The notes: a model not told the origin generated them from the letters alone. A stretch of DNA of 64,000 bases from Candidatus Poribacteria bacterium (GCA_965198235.1 OZ240248.1:704001-768000), one strand, 5' to 3'. Shown: positions 49,296-59,440, numbered from the stretch's first letter. Program-made: numbers and translations.

Positions 49296-50969
49296 TCAAT
49301 CCTGCGAAAATGTGACAGTTTGACGGATTGGCACTTGACTTAATTGCTGAACGTTCCCGTTGTGCCAACGAATCTGTAGGCTATCTATACGTGAGGCATC
49401 GCCTAACCCAAAGGAGAGACGAAGATCATTGCCCGACAAGTAGCTTGCACCGCAGATAACTTCTCGTAAGAGTGTCATTCCGTTCGCTTTCAGTTGAACT
49501 TGTGCCCCGATTGCATCCGTATTGCCGTTTGTACCTACCAATTTCACCGTTAGCCACACGTTTGCCCTGCCGACTTCATTGCTAAGAATGACCGCTGGAC
49601 GGTTCGATTGACAAAGCACGACATCCACATCGCCATCGGTATCTATATCCCCAAAGAGCATCCCGCGGACGACGTAAGGCGTTTTATCCAGCCCTGATTC
49701 AACGGTAATTTCGGTGAAGCCAGTGTGGTTTTGTTGGGTGCCGCCTTGATTGCGAAACAGTTGCACGGGCTGCGCGTAACTCTGTTTCGCGTCAATCTGT
49801 TTCACATTGTCCCAAATGTGTCCATTCCCAACGAGCACATCTAACCAACCGTCGTTATCAAAGTCGATGAAACGGGTGCCGAAACCGAGCGCGTAGAAAG
49901 AAGGATCGGCGAGGTTTGTGTCAAACGTCATATCTTCAAAGTAGCCGTCGCCATCGTTCTGCATGAGGCAGTTCGCCTCCAATGCAAAATTGGATACCCA
50001 GAGATCGATATCACCGTCGTTGTCATAGTCGCCAGCATCTATGCCCATTGAACCGTTCGCTATGCCATCGCCGTTATAGGCAACGCCGCGAAGCACGCCC
50101 TCCTCTCGAAAACTCCCATCACCCTGATTAATGAAAAGTGTATTCGGAGTCATATCGTTCGCGACGTAGATGTCCACCCAACTGTCGTTGTTTACGTCCG
50201 TGAAGACGACACCGAGACCACGCGTGGTCGGTTCGTAGACACCCGCGGCTTTCGTTATGTCTGTGAACGTGCCGTCTCCGTTGTTTTGGTAAAGCACATC
50301 GGCGATGCCGTGATATTCGTTCGGACCGCAGTAGATGCGCAGGGCGTTTTTGTAATAGCACGGAATATCGGTCTCTAAGGCATATTCGACGTAGTTGCAC
50401 ACGTAGAGATCCAAGTCGCCGTCCCGGTCAATATCAGCGAATGCGGCACTCGTGCTCAACAGGGGACAGTCTACCTGCGCGTGTTCGGTTACATCGGTAA
50501 ACGTGCCGTTACCGTTGTTTCGGTAGAGGACATTTCTTCCCAAGTTTGTCACGTACAGGTCGCGATACCCGTCAGAATCATAATCCGCGGCAATAGCACC
50601 GAGGCCATAGCCGGTATCACCGACGTTTGCGGATGCTGTGATGTCAACGAAAACACCAGCATCGTTTCGATAGAGGCGGTTCGTGGGGACTGATTCTGTT
50701 GATGACGAGAGCGAATTGCCTTGAACGAGATAGAGATCCAAGTCCCCGTCGTTGTCGAAATCAAAGAGCGCGCCGCCGCTACCCATGGTTTCAACGAGCC
50801 GGCGTTCCGCAGAAAATCCGTTGAGGTGCCGAAAGTCGAGTTTCATCGCATCGGTCACATCCCGAAAATAGGGGGCGGCACTTCCGAGTGGTGGATGCAT
50901 GAGAAGAAAGACCTGCAGTATGAGGGACAGAAAACGAGACTGGTAGTGTTTCCGTTGGAACATAGTCAT
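49296..50969 (-). CDS. CRTAC1-like FG-GAP/VCBS-repeat protein with ASPIC/UnbV C-terminus
   Basis: Repeated D.DNDGD.D motifs, LY.N.G.G.F.D.T, AIGA.V, L.FGLG. Confidence 0.9.
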   Translation of the reverse strand: MTMFQRKHYQSRFLSLILQVFLLMHPPLGSAAPYFRDVTDAMKLDFRHLNGFSAERRLVETMGSGGALFDFDNDGDLDLYLVQGNSLSSSTESVPTNRLYRNDAGVFVDITASANVGDTGYGLGAIAADYDSDGYRDLYVTNLGRNVLYRNNGNGTFTDVTEHAQVDCPLLSTSAAFADIDRDGDLDLYVCNYVEYALETDIPCYYKNALRIYCGPNEYHGIADVLYQNNGDGTFTDITKAAGVYEPTTRGLGVVFTDVNNDSWVDIYVANDMTPNTLFINQGDGSFREEGVLRGVAYNGDGIANGSMGIDAGDYDNDGDIDLWVSNFALEANCLMQNDGDGYFEDMTFDTNLADPSFYALGFGTRFIDFDNDGWLDVLVGNGHIWDNVKQIDAKQSYAQPVQLFRNQGGTQQNHTGFTEITVESGLDKTPYVVRGMLFGDIDTDGDVDVVLCQSNRPAVILSNEVGRANVWLTVKLVGTNGNTDAIGAQVQLKANGMTLLREVICGASYLSGNDLRLSFGLGDASRIDSLQIRWHNGNVQQLSQVPIRQTVTFSQD

Positions 50970-50976
50970 AGGAAGG

Positions 50977-51858
50977 CTATTCTTTTATTTTTGGGCGCGG
51001 ACGGACGACCCGAAATCCGATCGTATGTGTTGAATCCAATGGATAAAATTTGAACCGTAGACTTGAACGGAGGAACGCTCTCCCCACGTCCCACGCGCCG
51101 CCTCGGATAACCCTTGCCCGCAGGACATCTCGGAATCGGAGATTGAGCGGATTTTGGGAAACTCCACCGTTGTGTTGTTGATAAAAAGTTGGACTGTATT
51201 CATCAAGGCACCATTCCCACACATTTCCGGCAAGGTCTGCGATACCATTCGGAGATTCACCTTTCGGGAAGTGACCCACGGGCATCGGACGATTATAGCG
51301 GCGTGCGAAGTTGGCATGTTGACGCGCTTTTGGTGGTGTGTTTCCCCACGGATACGTTCGTCCCTCTGCCCCACGCGCCGCCCGTTCCCATTGTGCTTCG
51401 GTCGGTAGGCTTCCGCCGATCCATTCTGCAAACGCTTGCGCATCAAACCATGTCACACCGACAACGGGTTGCGTGTCGCCGTCGAGCACTTCATCTGCCC
51501 ACGTCTCCTCGCCGTTGTGTCCGCGCGGTGTGGGACGGTTCGTCGCTTCAATGAAGGTACGGTATTGGGCATTGGTGATTTCATACCGCGATATTTCGTA
51601 AGTGCTTAGGTAGACTTGGTGTTGTGGTAGTTCAGCATCGAAGGTGTGCTGCTCCAGCATGGAACTCCGCAATTTCGCGTCCTCGTAGGCGGCTTTTGTC
51701 TCTTGGGGGATTGAGCCCATCAGAAAGGTGCCTTCGGGAATCGAAACCCATTCTATAGTGGCAAGGACCCGCTGGACGGCACTGCTAACTTCGGAAACAG
51801 CGAAATTGTTGCGGAGAATAAGGATGAGTACGACAATTATAAAACAGGAGCGTTTCAT
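50977..51858 (-). CDS. Formylglycine-generating-enzyme (SUMF1) domain protein
   Basis: IPEGTFLMG, PVVGVTWFDA, LPTEAQWE.AARG, GNVWEW, RGGAW, GFR; no catalytic Cys pair. Confidence 0.9.
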   Translation of the reverse strand: MKRSCFIIVVLILILRNNFAVSEVSSAVQRVLATIEWVSIPEGTFLMGSIPQETKAAYEDAKLRSSMLEQHTFDAELPQHQVYLSTYEISRYEITNAQYRTFIEATNRPTPRGHNGEETWADEVLDGDTQPVVGVTWFDAQAFAEWIGGSLPTEAQWERAARGAEGRTYPWGNTPPKARQHANFARRYNRPMPVGHFPKGESPNGIADLAGNVWEWCLDEYSPTFYQQHNGGVSQNPLNLRFRDVLRARVIRGGAWDVGRAFLRSSLRFKFYPLDSTHTIGFRVVRPRPKIKE

Positions 51859-51887
51859 CAAAATCCTCGGCGTGGAAACCTTTTATT

Positions 51888-52020
51888 ACCAGTTGTTATC
51901 AGCTGTCGGCTTTCTGAAAGAGAATCTTTTTCCTGACCGCTGACAACCGAAAGTGAGCGTAGCGAACGCCCTGACAGCCATAAAGGCACATGAAGAGTCG
52001 GGGTTACAAACTCCTCCCAC
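51888..52020. repeat. Heptamer-flanked element plus REP GTCGGGGTTACAAACTCCTCCCAC
   Basis: GTTATCAGCTGTCGGCTTTC arm with CTGACCG/CTGACAA/CTGACAG arm; REP at 51997-52020. Confidence 0.6.
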
Positions 52021-52037
52021 AAGCGTGCCTACTACTT

Positions 52038-53054
52038 TTAGAATTGGCGTAGGAACCGGAGATCGTTCTCGTAGAGGGTGCGGATGTCCGGGATGCGGAA
52101 CTGGAGATTCGCGAGCCTTTCCACCCCCATACCGAAGGCGAATCCGGTAACTTGATCCGGATCGTAGTTCACGGCTTCAAATACTGCTGGGTCAACAGCA
52201 CCAGCCCCCAAGATTTCAAGCCATCCCGTGCCACCACAACTTCGACATCCTTTTCCTTGACAGACAGCACAGGAAATATCCATTTCTGCACTCGGCTCCG
52301 TAAAAGGAAAGAAATGAGGGCGGAAGCGCATTTGCGTCTGGTCCCCGAACATCTGTCGAGCGAAGGAGGTCAAAATCCCCTTGAGTTCGCTAAAAGTGGC
52401 GTGCGTATCAACAAGTAAACCTTCCACCTGATGGAACATCGGCGTGTGTGAGACATCGTAGTCTACCCGATAGCATTTCCCCGGCACGATAATCCTGACA
52501 GGCGGTTTCTGGTTCTCCATCGTGCGGATCTGCACTGGCGACGTATGGGTGCGTAAAAGATGTCCATCCGTTAGATAAAAAGTATCGTGTAAGTCGCGCG
52601 CGGGGTGATCGGCGGGTGTGTTTAGTGCATCGAAGTTGTAATACTCAGTCTCAATATCCGGTCCAGTCACCACTTCAAACCCCATTTGGCCGAAAATCGC
52701 CTCAATTCGCTCCAAAGTTTGCATCACGGGATGCGCTTTCCCGTAGGTAGGCTTCCGTCCGGGAAGTGTGATGTCAACGGCTTCTGCTTCAAGCTGCTGT
52801 TCCTGTTGCCGGCGATGTAGTGCCTGCGTTGCCGCTTCAAACGCCTTCGTGAGCGTGGCACGCACTTCATTTGCGAGTTTGCCGATTATCGGACGCTCCT
52901 CTTTGGAAAGTTTACTCATACCTTTCATAACATCGGTTAGTTTTCCTCTGCGTCCAAAATATGTGATTCGGAGCGACTCAAGCGCGTCTGGCGTTTTTAC
53001 CGCTTTTAAAGCCTCAAGTGCCTCCGTTTGAATCGCCTGTAATTCTGCTTTCAT
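52038..53054 (-). CDS. pheS: Phenylalanine--tRNA ligase alpha subunit
   Basis: HPAR..DTFY, LRTHTSPVQ, FHQVEG, FFPFTEPS, GFAFGMG.ER. Confidence 0.97.
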   Translation of the reverse strand: MKAELQAIQTEALEALKAVKTPDALESLRITYFGRRGKLTDVMKGMSKLSKEERPIIGKLANEVRATLTKAFEAATQALHRRQQEQQLEAEAVDITLPGRKPTYGKAHPVMQTLERIEAIFGQMGFEVVTGPDIETEYYNFDALNTPADHPARDLHDTFYLTDGHLLRTHTSPVQIRTMENQKPPVRIIVPGKCYRVDYDVSHTPMFHQVEGLLVDTHATFSELKGILTSFARQMFGDQTQMRFRPHFFPFTEPSAEMDISCAVCQGKGCRSCGGTGWLEILGAGAVDPAVFEAVNYDPDQVTGFAFGMGVERLANLQFRIPDIRTLYENDLRFLRQF

Positions 53055-53069
53055 AATTCCTCTGCTTTT

Positions 53070-53188
53070 GGTTATCGGCTTTATAGTTATTAGTTATCAG
53101 TTAAGAGATGTGTGGCACGGAAGCGTTCGGGGTTAGAAACCCCTCCCACACCGCCTACTAACAACTGATAACCGACAACTAACAACCA
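53070..53188. repeat. Heptamer-flanked REP element
   Basis: (A/G)GTTATC-type arms, inverted AACTGAT/AACCGAC arms, central TTCGGGGTTAGAAACCCCTCCCAC (53126-53149). Confidence 0.65.
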
Positions 53189-53432
53189 TTAAAAAATGCC
53201 TGTCACTTTGTCCCATAAAGGTTAATTTCCTTCTGGGGACGAAAGCGATAGGCATCTACTTCCGCGGTACCACCCCGCTTGACAGATTCGTGAAATCTGT
53301 CCACTTCATTATTTCTTTCTCAACGGCTCCAGGATGAAATTCGGCAGTTGCTCTCAAAACCGCGCTTCCAACTGATGACGCGGTCTCTCTGGTTGAGAGG
53401 TCTCAACTGCTTACTGTGTCCCTTCATAGCTT
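53189..53432 (-). promoter_or_regulatory. Phe-specific T-box riboswitch with terminator
   Basis: GCTATGAAGG..CCTGGAGC stem I base, AGTA and AGAGA motifs, specifier GAA-T-TTC (53336-53338), T-box GGGTGGTACCGCG (53263-53275), long hairpin + T run. Confidence 0.9.
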
Positions 53433-53433
53433 T

Positions 53434-53685
53434 TTAATTATTAGCGTTCTGATTTAATTGACCCCACGATACCACAAGGTTGTCCCTCGGACTGACGGAC
53501 AACCCCTGTTCTGAGTGCTTGCCTATATTATGAAATAGATAGAGGACAGAACGCATGTAGGCAGGGGAATGCCGTCCAACGCGCTGCTTCAAGTTTTGTG
53601 CAGTCGTTTCCGCCACATCCAACACCAGCAGGACGAAAAACAGAAACATCGGAAGTGTGAAAGTCCGAAAACTGCGCAGTCTCAT
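53434..53685 (-). CDS. Small signal-peptide protein with C-terminal VSP..L...WG motif
   Basis: Basic-hydrophobic N-terminus; ends LSVSPRDNLVVSWGQLN. Confidence 0.55.
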   Translation of the reverse strand: MRLRSFRTFTLPMFLFFVLLVLDVAETTAQNLKQRVGRHSPAYMRSVLYLFHNIGKHSEQGLSVSPRDNLVVSWGQLNQNANN

Positions 53686-53801
53686 GGTAAAACCCTAAGA
53701 AAGTCACAAAGCAGAAAGGTCGCTCCTACAGCAGGGAAAGCGACCTAAACCTATCACGATCGGGAGATCGCGCCTATAAGAAGAGGGAGACGAGCCTAAA
53801 C

Positions 53802-54149
53802 CTAACCTTTTGCGAGGGTGACGAGCTGCCCAAAACCGGCTTCGTCCTTCACGGCGATGTCGGCGAGGACTTTCCGATCAAGTTCAATACCAGCGGCTTT
53901 GAGCCCATGTATGAATCGACTATAGGTGAGTCCGTGCAATCTGGCGGCGGCGTTAATTCTTGCGATCCACAGTCGTCGAAAATCGCGTTTTCGTGCGCGC
54001 CGGTGTGCGTAGGCGTGGTTCCATCCCTTCTCTACCGCTTCTGTAGCAGTGCGTTTGAGATTATTCCGACCACCGCGGTAACCTTTAGAATGCTTAAGCA
54101 TCCGACTACGGCGTTTACGTCGCACACTCCCTGTTTTTACTCGTGCCAT
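53802..54149 (-). CDS. rplT: 50S ribosomal protein L20
   Basis: [32 protein letters not shown]. Confidence 0.97.
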   Translation of the reverse strand: MARVKTGSVRRKRRSRMLKHSKGYRGGRNNLKRTATEAVEKGWNHAYAHRRARKRDFRRLWIARINAAARLHGLTYSRFIHGLKAAGIELDRKVLADIAVKDEAGFGQLVTLAKG

Positions 54150-54245
54150 TTAAGAAAAACTCCTATTACGATCATTGGTATTACCGATGACCGCGTCCAC
54201 TATTTCGCCCGGGTGTGTATATCGCAGGTGTCCGGGCATTCAATT

Positions 54246-54440
54246 CTATCGATGAATAAGGCGTTTCAAGCGTTTCTCATTGCTCGGATCGACAAGGGTT
54301 GACTGTCGTAATCTCCGTTTTTGTTTTGCTGACTTCGAAATGAACAAGTGTCCTGCGTACGCGCGATTGCGACGGATTTTGCCTTTCGATGTGAACTTGA
54401 AACGTTTTGCCGCACCTTTATGTGTTTTAATTTTCGGCAT
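54246..54440 (-). CDS. rpmI: 50S ribosomal protein L35
   Basis: MPKIKTHKGAAKRFK. Confidence 0.97.
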   Translation of the reverse strand: MPKIKTHKGAAKRFKFTSKGKIRRNRAYAGHLFISKSAKQKRRLRQSTLVDPSNEKRLKRLIHR

Positions 54441-54594
54441 TAGAATATCCTTGAAAAGTATCGCGACCCGACGAATGCCACACGCGCGATCGGCGTTGAC
54501 TTGAGGTCGCGCCTACAAAAAGAGAAAATATTGTGATCGGGAGACCGCTCCACAAAAAATTACAAGCGGAAACACGCGTGCGACGACAAAAACA

Positions 54595-55140
54595 TCACAC
54601 AGATTTTGGTGAGAGGATCATTGACATGATGCGGGTTTCCATCCGTGGTGGTTGTTCCACATCGGCAAGCTCTTCCAAATCATCTTTGAGTCGTGAAAGT
54701 AAACTTCTACCAAGTTCGGTATGAAGCATTTCGCGTCCTCGGAACCGTACGGTTGCGCGGACCTTCCACCCATTTTTCAGGAAGTCCTCAACATGTCGTT
54801 TCTTGAACTGGTAGTCGTGTTCCGCGGTATCTGGACGGAACTGCATCCCTTTTAGAACAACTTTCGACTGCTTTTTCCGAGCCTCGCGTGCGCGTTTGTT
54901 TTTCTCATACTGATACTTCCCGTAGTCCATGATTTTACAAACGGGAGGAGAGGCATTCGGTGAAACCTCCACCAAATCCAATCCAACTTCTTCAGCAAGT
55001 TTCATTGCATCGCGGGGCGTCATGACTCCCATCTGCTTGTTCTCTTGATCTATCAGAAAGATCTCTTTGGCTCGAATCTGATAATTGGAACGACTTTGTC
55101 TTTCCTTCGTCCTCTGAGTACGTCTGCCTTTGTAGTGTAT
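54595..55140 (-). CDS. infC: Translation initiation factor IF-3, predicted ATA start
   Basis: LDLVEVSP..PPVCKIMDYGK, FRGRE; frame open upstream through NYQIRAKEI to ATA 55140, 6 nt after GGGGGTG. Confidence 0.93.
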   Translation of the reverse strand: MHYKGRRTQRTKERQSRSNYQIRAKEIFLIDQENKQMGVMTPRDAMKLAEEVGLDLVEVSPNASPPVCKIMDYGKYQYEKNKRAREARKKQSKVVLKGMQFRPDTAEHDYQFKKRHVEDFLKNGWKVRATVRFRGREMLHTELGRSLLSRLKDDLEELADVEQPPRMETRIMSMILSPKSV

Positions 55141-55458
55141 TTTTCACACCCCCAAGTCAAGGCGCTGCAGTGCGCCGCTTGTAAGCCGGTATAAACTCAC
55201 GATAGGCACCGCTTACAAGCTTATATGAAAACGAAAGCGAACAACTGATTCGTTGTGCTCCGGTATACAAGATAACTCTTTCTACAAAACGTTCTGTATC
55301 CATTTGTAGGTACACTTAGTTTTGATTTTCTGTCGATTCCGTAGGATAGGTCAGGATTTGGAGATCCCTCCTACAGGAGAACTAAATACCCTACCGACTC
55401 GGACTTGCAAAGCACGCCACATGCATGATTAACAATGTTTGTCCGAATGACTTAACTA

Positions 55459-55487
55459 ATTATACCATATCGGCAACAAAAATGCAA
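55459..55487 (-). promoter_or_regulatory. Putative sigma70 promoter for the infC operon
   Basis: TTGCAT-N17-TATAAT with TGn. Confidence 0.55.
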
Positions 55488-55488
55488 G

Positions 55489-55845
55489 TTAAAAAAAGCC
55501 GATTGTCCATAAAGTCCGCAAAACAATCAACCCGCCTGCCAACCCCCCGAAAACGACGATAAAACTGATGCTGATTGCGAGGGCGAGACGGATGATCCGT
55601 TCACCAAGTTCTGGTTGTTCGCTTATCCATGCCCGCGCTAACCAGAAGGTTAAGACAACACTGACCAAACTCAGGATGCACGCGCCTAAAACCGATACCA
55701 ATATCCCGGAGAAGTCTACTATCTGCATCGTTTCTGGAATCGATCCGTATCGGGAGAAGTGTTGGATGACACCGATCAAAACGCCTCCCAAAACGACAAT
55801 AAATCCAATGAAAACGATGAAGACTTTTTTAAAGGCAGTTCCCAT
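55489..55845 (-). CDS. Three-TM hypothetical membrane protein
   Basis: Three hydrophobic segments. Confidence 0.65.
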   Translation of the reverse strand: MGTAFKKVFIVFIGFIVVLGGVLIGVIQHFSRYGSIPETMQIVDFSGILVSVLGACILSLVSVVLTFWLARAWISEQPELGERIIRLALAISISFIVVFGGLAGGLIVLRTLWTIGFF

Positions 55846-56095
55846 GTTCAGTCCAATCTATGCCGCACATCCTTGACGAGGGTCTTTAATTATATCATAT
55901 TTCAGATTAAATAGCAACCGCCTCGTAGAGGTAGCCAGAGCCATTCAGTTTTCCATTTTGTAGCACAAACTTTATGAAGTTTCAATAAATACTTCGGTAA
56001 TTCTATGAAGACAGTTTTCAGTCGATGTTCACGCTGCCATCCTGATTGACATCCCAAGCTGGCGACTGCGGCATGATAGTGATACAATCTGTGGA

Positions 56096-56308
56096 CTACG
56101 GTTTGAGCGTTTCTTTGACATCGTTATCCAATTCCTCTACCCAGCGCATAATCGTTTCACGGCTGTCGCTATCGTTTCGCTGGCGAAACTGGTTGGCGAG
56201 TTGCGTGCCCGTGTCAATCAGAAGGGTTTGCAATTCTGGCGTGTAGGGTTTCGCTTGCAACGCCTGTCGGTATTTTTCCATTGCATTTTTGGGCTGTTTG
56301 CGATTCAT
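56096..56308 (-). CDS. Small helical (TPR-like) ORF, possibly a gene fragment
   Basis: TAATG overlap with the peptidase; AMEKYRQALQAKP resembles a TPR helix. Confidence 0.4.
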   Translation of the reverse strand: MNRKQPKNAMEKYRQALQAKPYTPELQTLLIDTGTQLANQFRQRNDSDSRETIMRWVEELDNDVKETLKP

Positions 56309-57042
56309 TAGACAGCGCGGATATTAGGGCTATGTCCCCACAGCCCGATGGCATGTCCAAATTCATGTAGGCACACCGTCCGCATCTCTTCCTGTGAGAG
56401 TTCGCCGATGGTGTCATCACTTTCTAACACGAGAATAACCTCTACTGCGAATTGGCTATCGGCATATTGGTTATCGGTTGTCGGTTGTCGGTTTTCAGAA
56501 GAATGGTTGTCGGCTATCGGAAACCGTTGGAAACCTTCAGAAAAGAGATTCTCTTCCTGACCGTTGACTGATGGAGCCGAGGTAGTCTCGCCTCTACGGC
56601 TTCTTTTCTGATCGCTGACGGAAACCGATGGCTGATGGCTAATATACTGACGGCTATCATTAAGCCGCGTTAATTCGGCACTGCCGAGTTGCGTGTCTAA
56701 AAGTGTCAGGCGACCACTGGAGGTTGACGTGACACGGATGTCTGTCTCCTCCAGCATTTCGGTTTCTTCAAAACGGATTTCCCCGCCGGATACAGTCTCC
56801 CAACTACGCATGGCGTAGCGGATCTCGGCGAGATAGGGCAGTGCTTTGAGAGTAGGCGAGATGTGGACCCGAATTGGCATCTGCGTAAAGCGTGTGACCC
56901 TACCATCGGAAAATAGCGTGACCTGGTCGAAATAATCGTCTGATGCGGCTGTCGTCGTTTCAGTATCGGCAGGGCTTTGTGCTATGAAACCAATCGCTAT
57001 GCACGTAACGATGAAAAAGGTATAGAGTGTCCTCATTTGCAT
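56308..57042 (-). CDS. Secreted matrixin-like zinc metallopeptidase, C-terminally short, with an in-frame repeat insertion
   Basis: Signal peptide, RF..MPIRV, A...W, DI.V, HEFGHAIGLWGHS. Confidence 0.7.
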   Translation of the reverse strand: MQMRTLYTFFIVTCIAIGFIAQSPADTETTTAASDDYFDQVTLFSDGRVTRFTQMPIRVHISPTLKALPYLAEIRYAMRSWETVSGGEIRFEETEMLEETDIRVTSTSSGRLTLLDTQLGSAELTRLNDSRQYISHQPSVSVSDQKRSRRGETTSAPSVNGQEENLFSEGFQRFPIADNHSSENRQPTTDNQYADSQFAVEVILVLESDDTIGELSQEEMRTVCLHEFGHAIGLWGHSPNIRAV

Positions 57043-57657
57043 AACACAGCATCCTCGTCTGGGTGCGACTGAAAAATGTCGCTATCCGAAACCTTACAGG
57101 AAGAAGCACGCTTAAATCGTTAATGATAATAGCATACTTGAAAGAAATGGTCAAACATATTGCGCAAGATGTCGCGGCACCTTTACGAAAAATTCAGAGG
57201 CATTCCGTTTACAGCAATCAGCGGTCAGCAATTAGCAATCGGTTTCCCTCAAAGGGCGAGGTTGGGAAACCTCGCTAGCGGGGTAAAGCGATTTGGCAGG
57301 GTCCGGTGCGGTTTCATGAAGTTTCACTAAATATTTCGGTAATGCTATAATGGGAGTTTCAGTCAACAAGGATACACAATCCTGCAAAGATCGAAGAAGC
57401 CTGTAAATCCTGCTTCTGACAGGGGTCCCCATAGCGAAAAGCGTATGGGGCAGACATCACACATTACCGATTTAAATTCTGAATCTTCATCAAACCGCAC
57501 CTACCGAGAATGGTCGCTGGAATCGCTATAGTCAAATATTGATTCGACAGGAGAACTGAATGCTTCTGGCGAAAAATCTGAAAACGCTTGATTTATTTGA
57601 CAAAAGATGGTAAATTACTTTCACATTAGACTAATTTGGACGCTAAGGAGTTTTCTT

Positions 57658-58248
57658 ATGGACGTAACATACACATCAGCAATTTCCGAAGTTATCGGAA
57701 AGTTAGAAGCAGGTAACCCACTCCCGATACTCGTACCACAGAAAGCGTGGAGCAGTGAACTGACGGATACTTTGGAAGCGGCATCCCTCGATGAACTCTT
57801 TGACGGAGCATCGCTGAAAAATACGACGTTTGCTGAAGCCATCAAAAGCGGTTTACTTCTGTGGAACGACGCGCTGGATGAATCGCATACGATCTCGCAG
57901 GGGTTGGCAGATCAGACGGGGAGCTACTGGCACGGCATCATGCATCGCCGTGAACCGGATTATCCCAACTCCAAGTATTGGTTCGGTAGAGTCGGGACAC
58001 ACCCGATTTTCCCAGCACTGCGTGAACACGCACTCCAACTTTTCAAAGAAACAGCGAACCCATCGGACACGTTCACGGAAATTGGAGAGGCTATTGCGGC
58101 ACAAGAAAATTGGGATTCTTACCAATTTGTTGATTGGTGCCAAACTGCTGAAGGCGACTCCGACTCGGATGTAACCCGTTTCTTGCAACAGGTGCAGGCG
58201 GAAGAGATCAAACTGCTACTGGCGTACTCCTACCGTAACGCCGTTTAG
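57658..58248 (+). CDS. Conserved hypothetical protein
   Basis: AAGGAG RBS; LWND.LD.SH.ISQ..YWHGIMHRREPD..N.KYWF motif. Confidence 0.75.
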   Translation: MDVTYTSAISEVIGKLEAGNPLPILVPQKAWSSELTDTLEAASLDELFDGASLKNTTFAEAIKSGLLLWNDALDESHTISQGLADQTGSYWHGIMHRREPDYPNSKYWFGRVGTHPIFPALREHALQLFKETANPSDTFTEIGEAIAAQENWDSYQFVDWCQTAEGDSDSDVTRFLQQVQAEEIKLLLAYSYRNAV

Positions 58249-58279
58249 CAGATGTCAATTTATCTGAAGGAGACGAGCG

Positions 58280-59290
58280 ATGTTTCCGCAGAGCGAGCGT
58301 ATCAAAATAAATGGAGACCGGCATCACCTTATCATCGTGCTGACCGGATTGCTATTGATGGCTTCCTGTGTGAATTCGACGCTTATCACAACAGTTTCGG
58401 ATTCGGTTTCAGCCAACCACGCGTATAGCGAAATTAAAACCGCTCTCGATGAACTTTCAAACGGTGGTGAACCGGCTGATTATGATGCGCTGATTGTGAA
58501 ATTAAGGGCTTTCATCAAGACCTACCCAAAATACAGACAGGTAGATGAAGCCTACTATTTTCTCGGTACCATCTTAATTGAACTACAGCGCACTGAAGAG
58601 GGTATTGAGGTACTTGAAGAACTCATTAGGGACTATCCTTTTGCTACATACGTCGAACCGAGTCTACTAACATTAGGATTAGCCTACGACAAAATCAGTG
58701 AGCATAGCAAAGCGGATGCCCTCTACGAAAAACTGGCGAATCATCCAAAGTACCGTAACGGCAGATACGCCGTAACCGCGCGGCAACTTCTTGAACAGGA
58801 TAAAACGCAGCGAAAAGGCGAAATATCAAGTTCGCTTGGAATGAGTCCAAGAGCGAGGCGGAACCAATTTGTAAATAAACCCGCGCCAGATTTCCGGGTG
58901 ATGGATATAAGAGGTGAGGAGCTGACACTGGAACAGTATCGCGGGCAGGTTGTGCTCCTCGATTTCTGGGCAACGTGGTGTGGTCCCTGTATCGCCGAGA
59001 TGCCGAACGTTAAGCTGGCTTATGCGAAACACAGAGATCGAAAGTTCCAAATCATCGGTATTAGCTTAGATAGATCCATGGCACCGCTTGACGCATACAT
59101 TCACGGGGAAGGAATCGAGTGGCGGCAGTATTTGGACAGCACCGGTCAGATTAGTAGTTTGTACGGTGTGCGTGCAATCCCGTCCACGTTCTTGATTGAC
59201 GGCGCGGGTATTGTCCGCAGAGTAAATCTCCGTGGTCTCGCGCTTGAGACCGCAGTTGCGGAACTCGTGCGGGAGAATTTAGCGAATTAA
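58280..59290 (+). CDS. TPR + TlpA/redoxin lipoprotein
   Basis: Lipobox-like LMASC, TPR helices, LLDFWATWCGPC, IPSTFLID. Confidence 0.88.
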   Translation: MFPQSERIKINGDRHHLIIVLTGLLLMASCVNSTLITTVSDSVSANHAYSEIKTALDELSNGGEPADYDALIVKLRAFIKTYPKYRQVDEAYYFLGTILIELQRTEEGIEVLEELIRDYPFATYVEPSLLTLGLAYDKISEHSKADALYEKLANHPKYRNGRYAVTARQLLEQDKTQRKGEISSSLGMSPRARRNQFVNKPAPDFRVMDIRGEELTLEQYRGQVVLLDFWATWCGPCIAEMPNVKLAYAKHRDRKFQIIGISLDRSMAPLDAYIHGEGIEWRQYLDSTGQISSLYGVRAIPSTFLIDGAGIVRRVNLRGLALETAVAELVRENLAN

Positions 59291-59379
59291 GCACCTTAAC
59301 TTCGTTAAGTGAGGTGTTTTTGTTGGGTGTCTCCTGCAGGTTGAGCAATAAATGCCCCATAGGTGTCAATTGAGCCCGT

Positions 59380-59440
59380 AGGTGTTTTTGCTTGGGGTGT
59401 TTTTGCTTGGGGTTTTTGATAGGGTGTTTCCCTGCGTATT
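59380..59440. repeat. GGTGTTTTTGCTTGG tandem unit repeat
   Basis: 2-3 tandem copies; related to 31040-31145 and 47241-47268. Confidence 0.6.

Noticed and set aside
50977-51858. DGR target (CLec/FGE fold) or active formylglycine enzyme
   Set aside because: No template repeat or reverse transcriptase in the window; the catalytic Cys pair is absent
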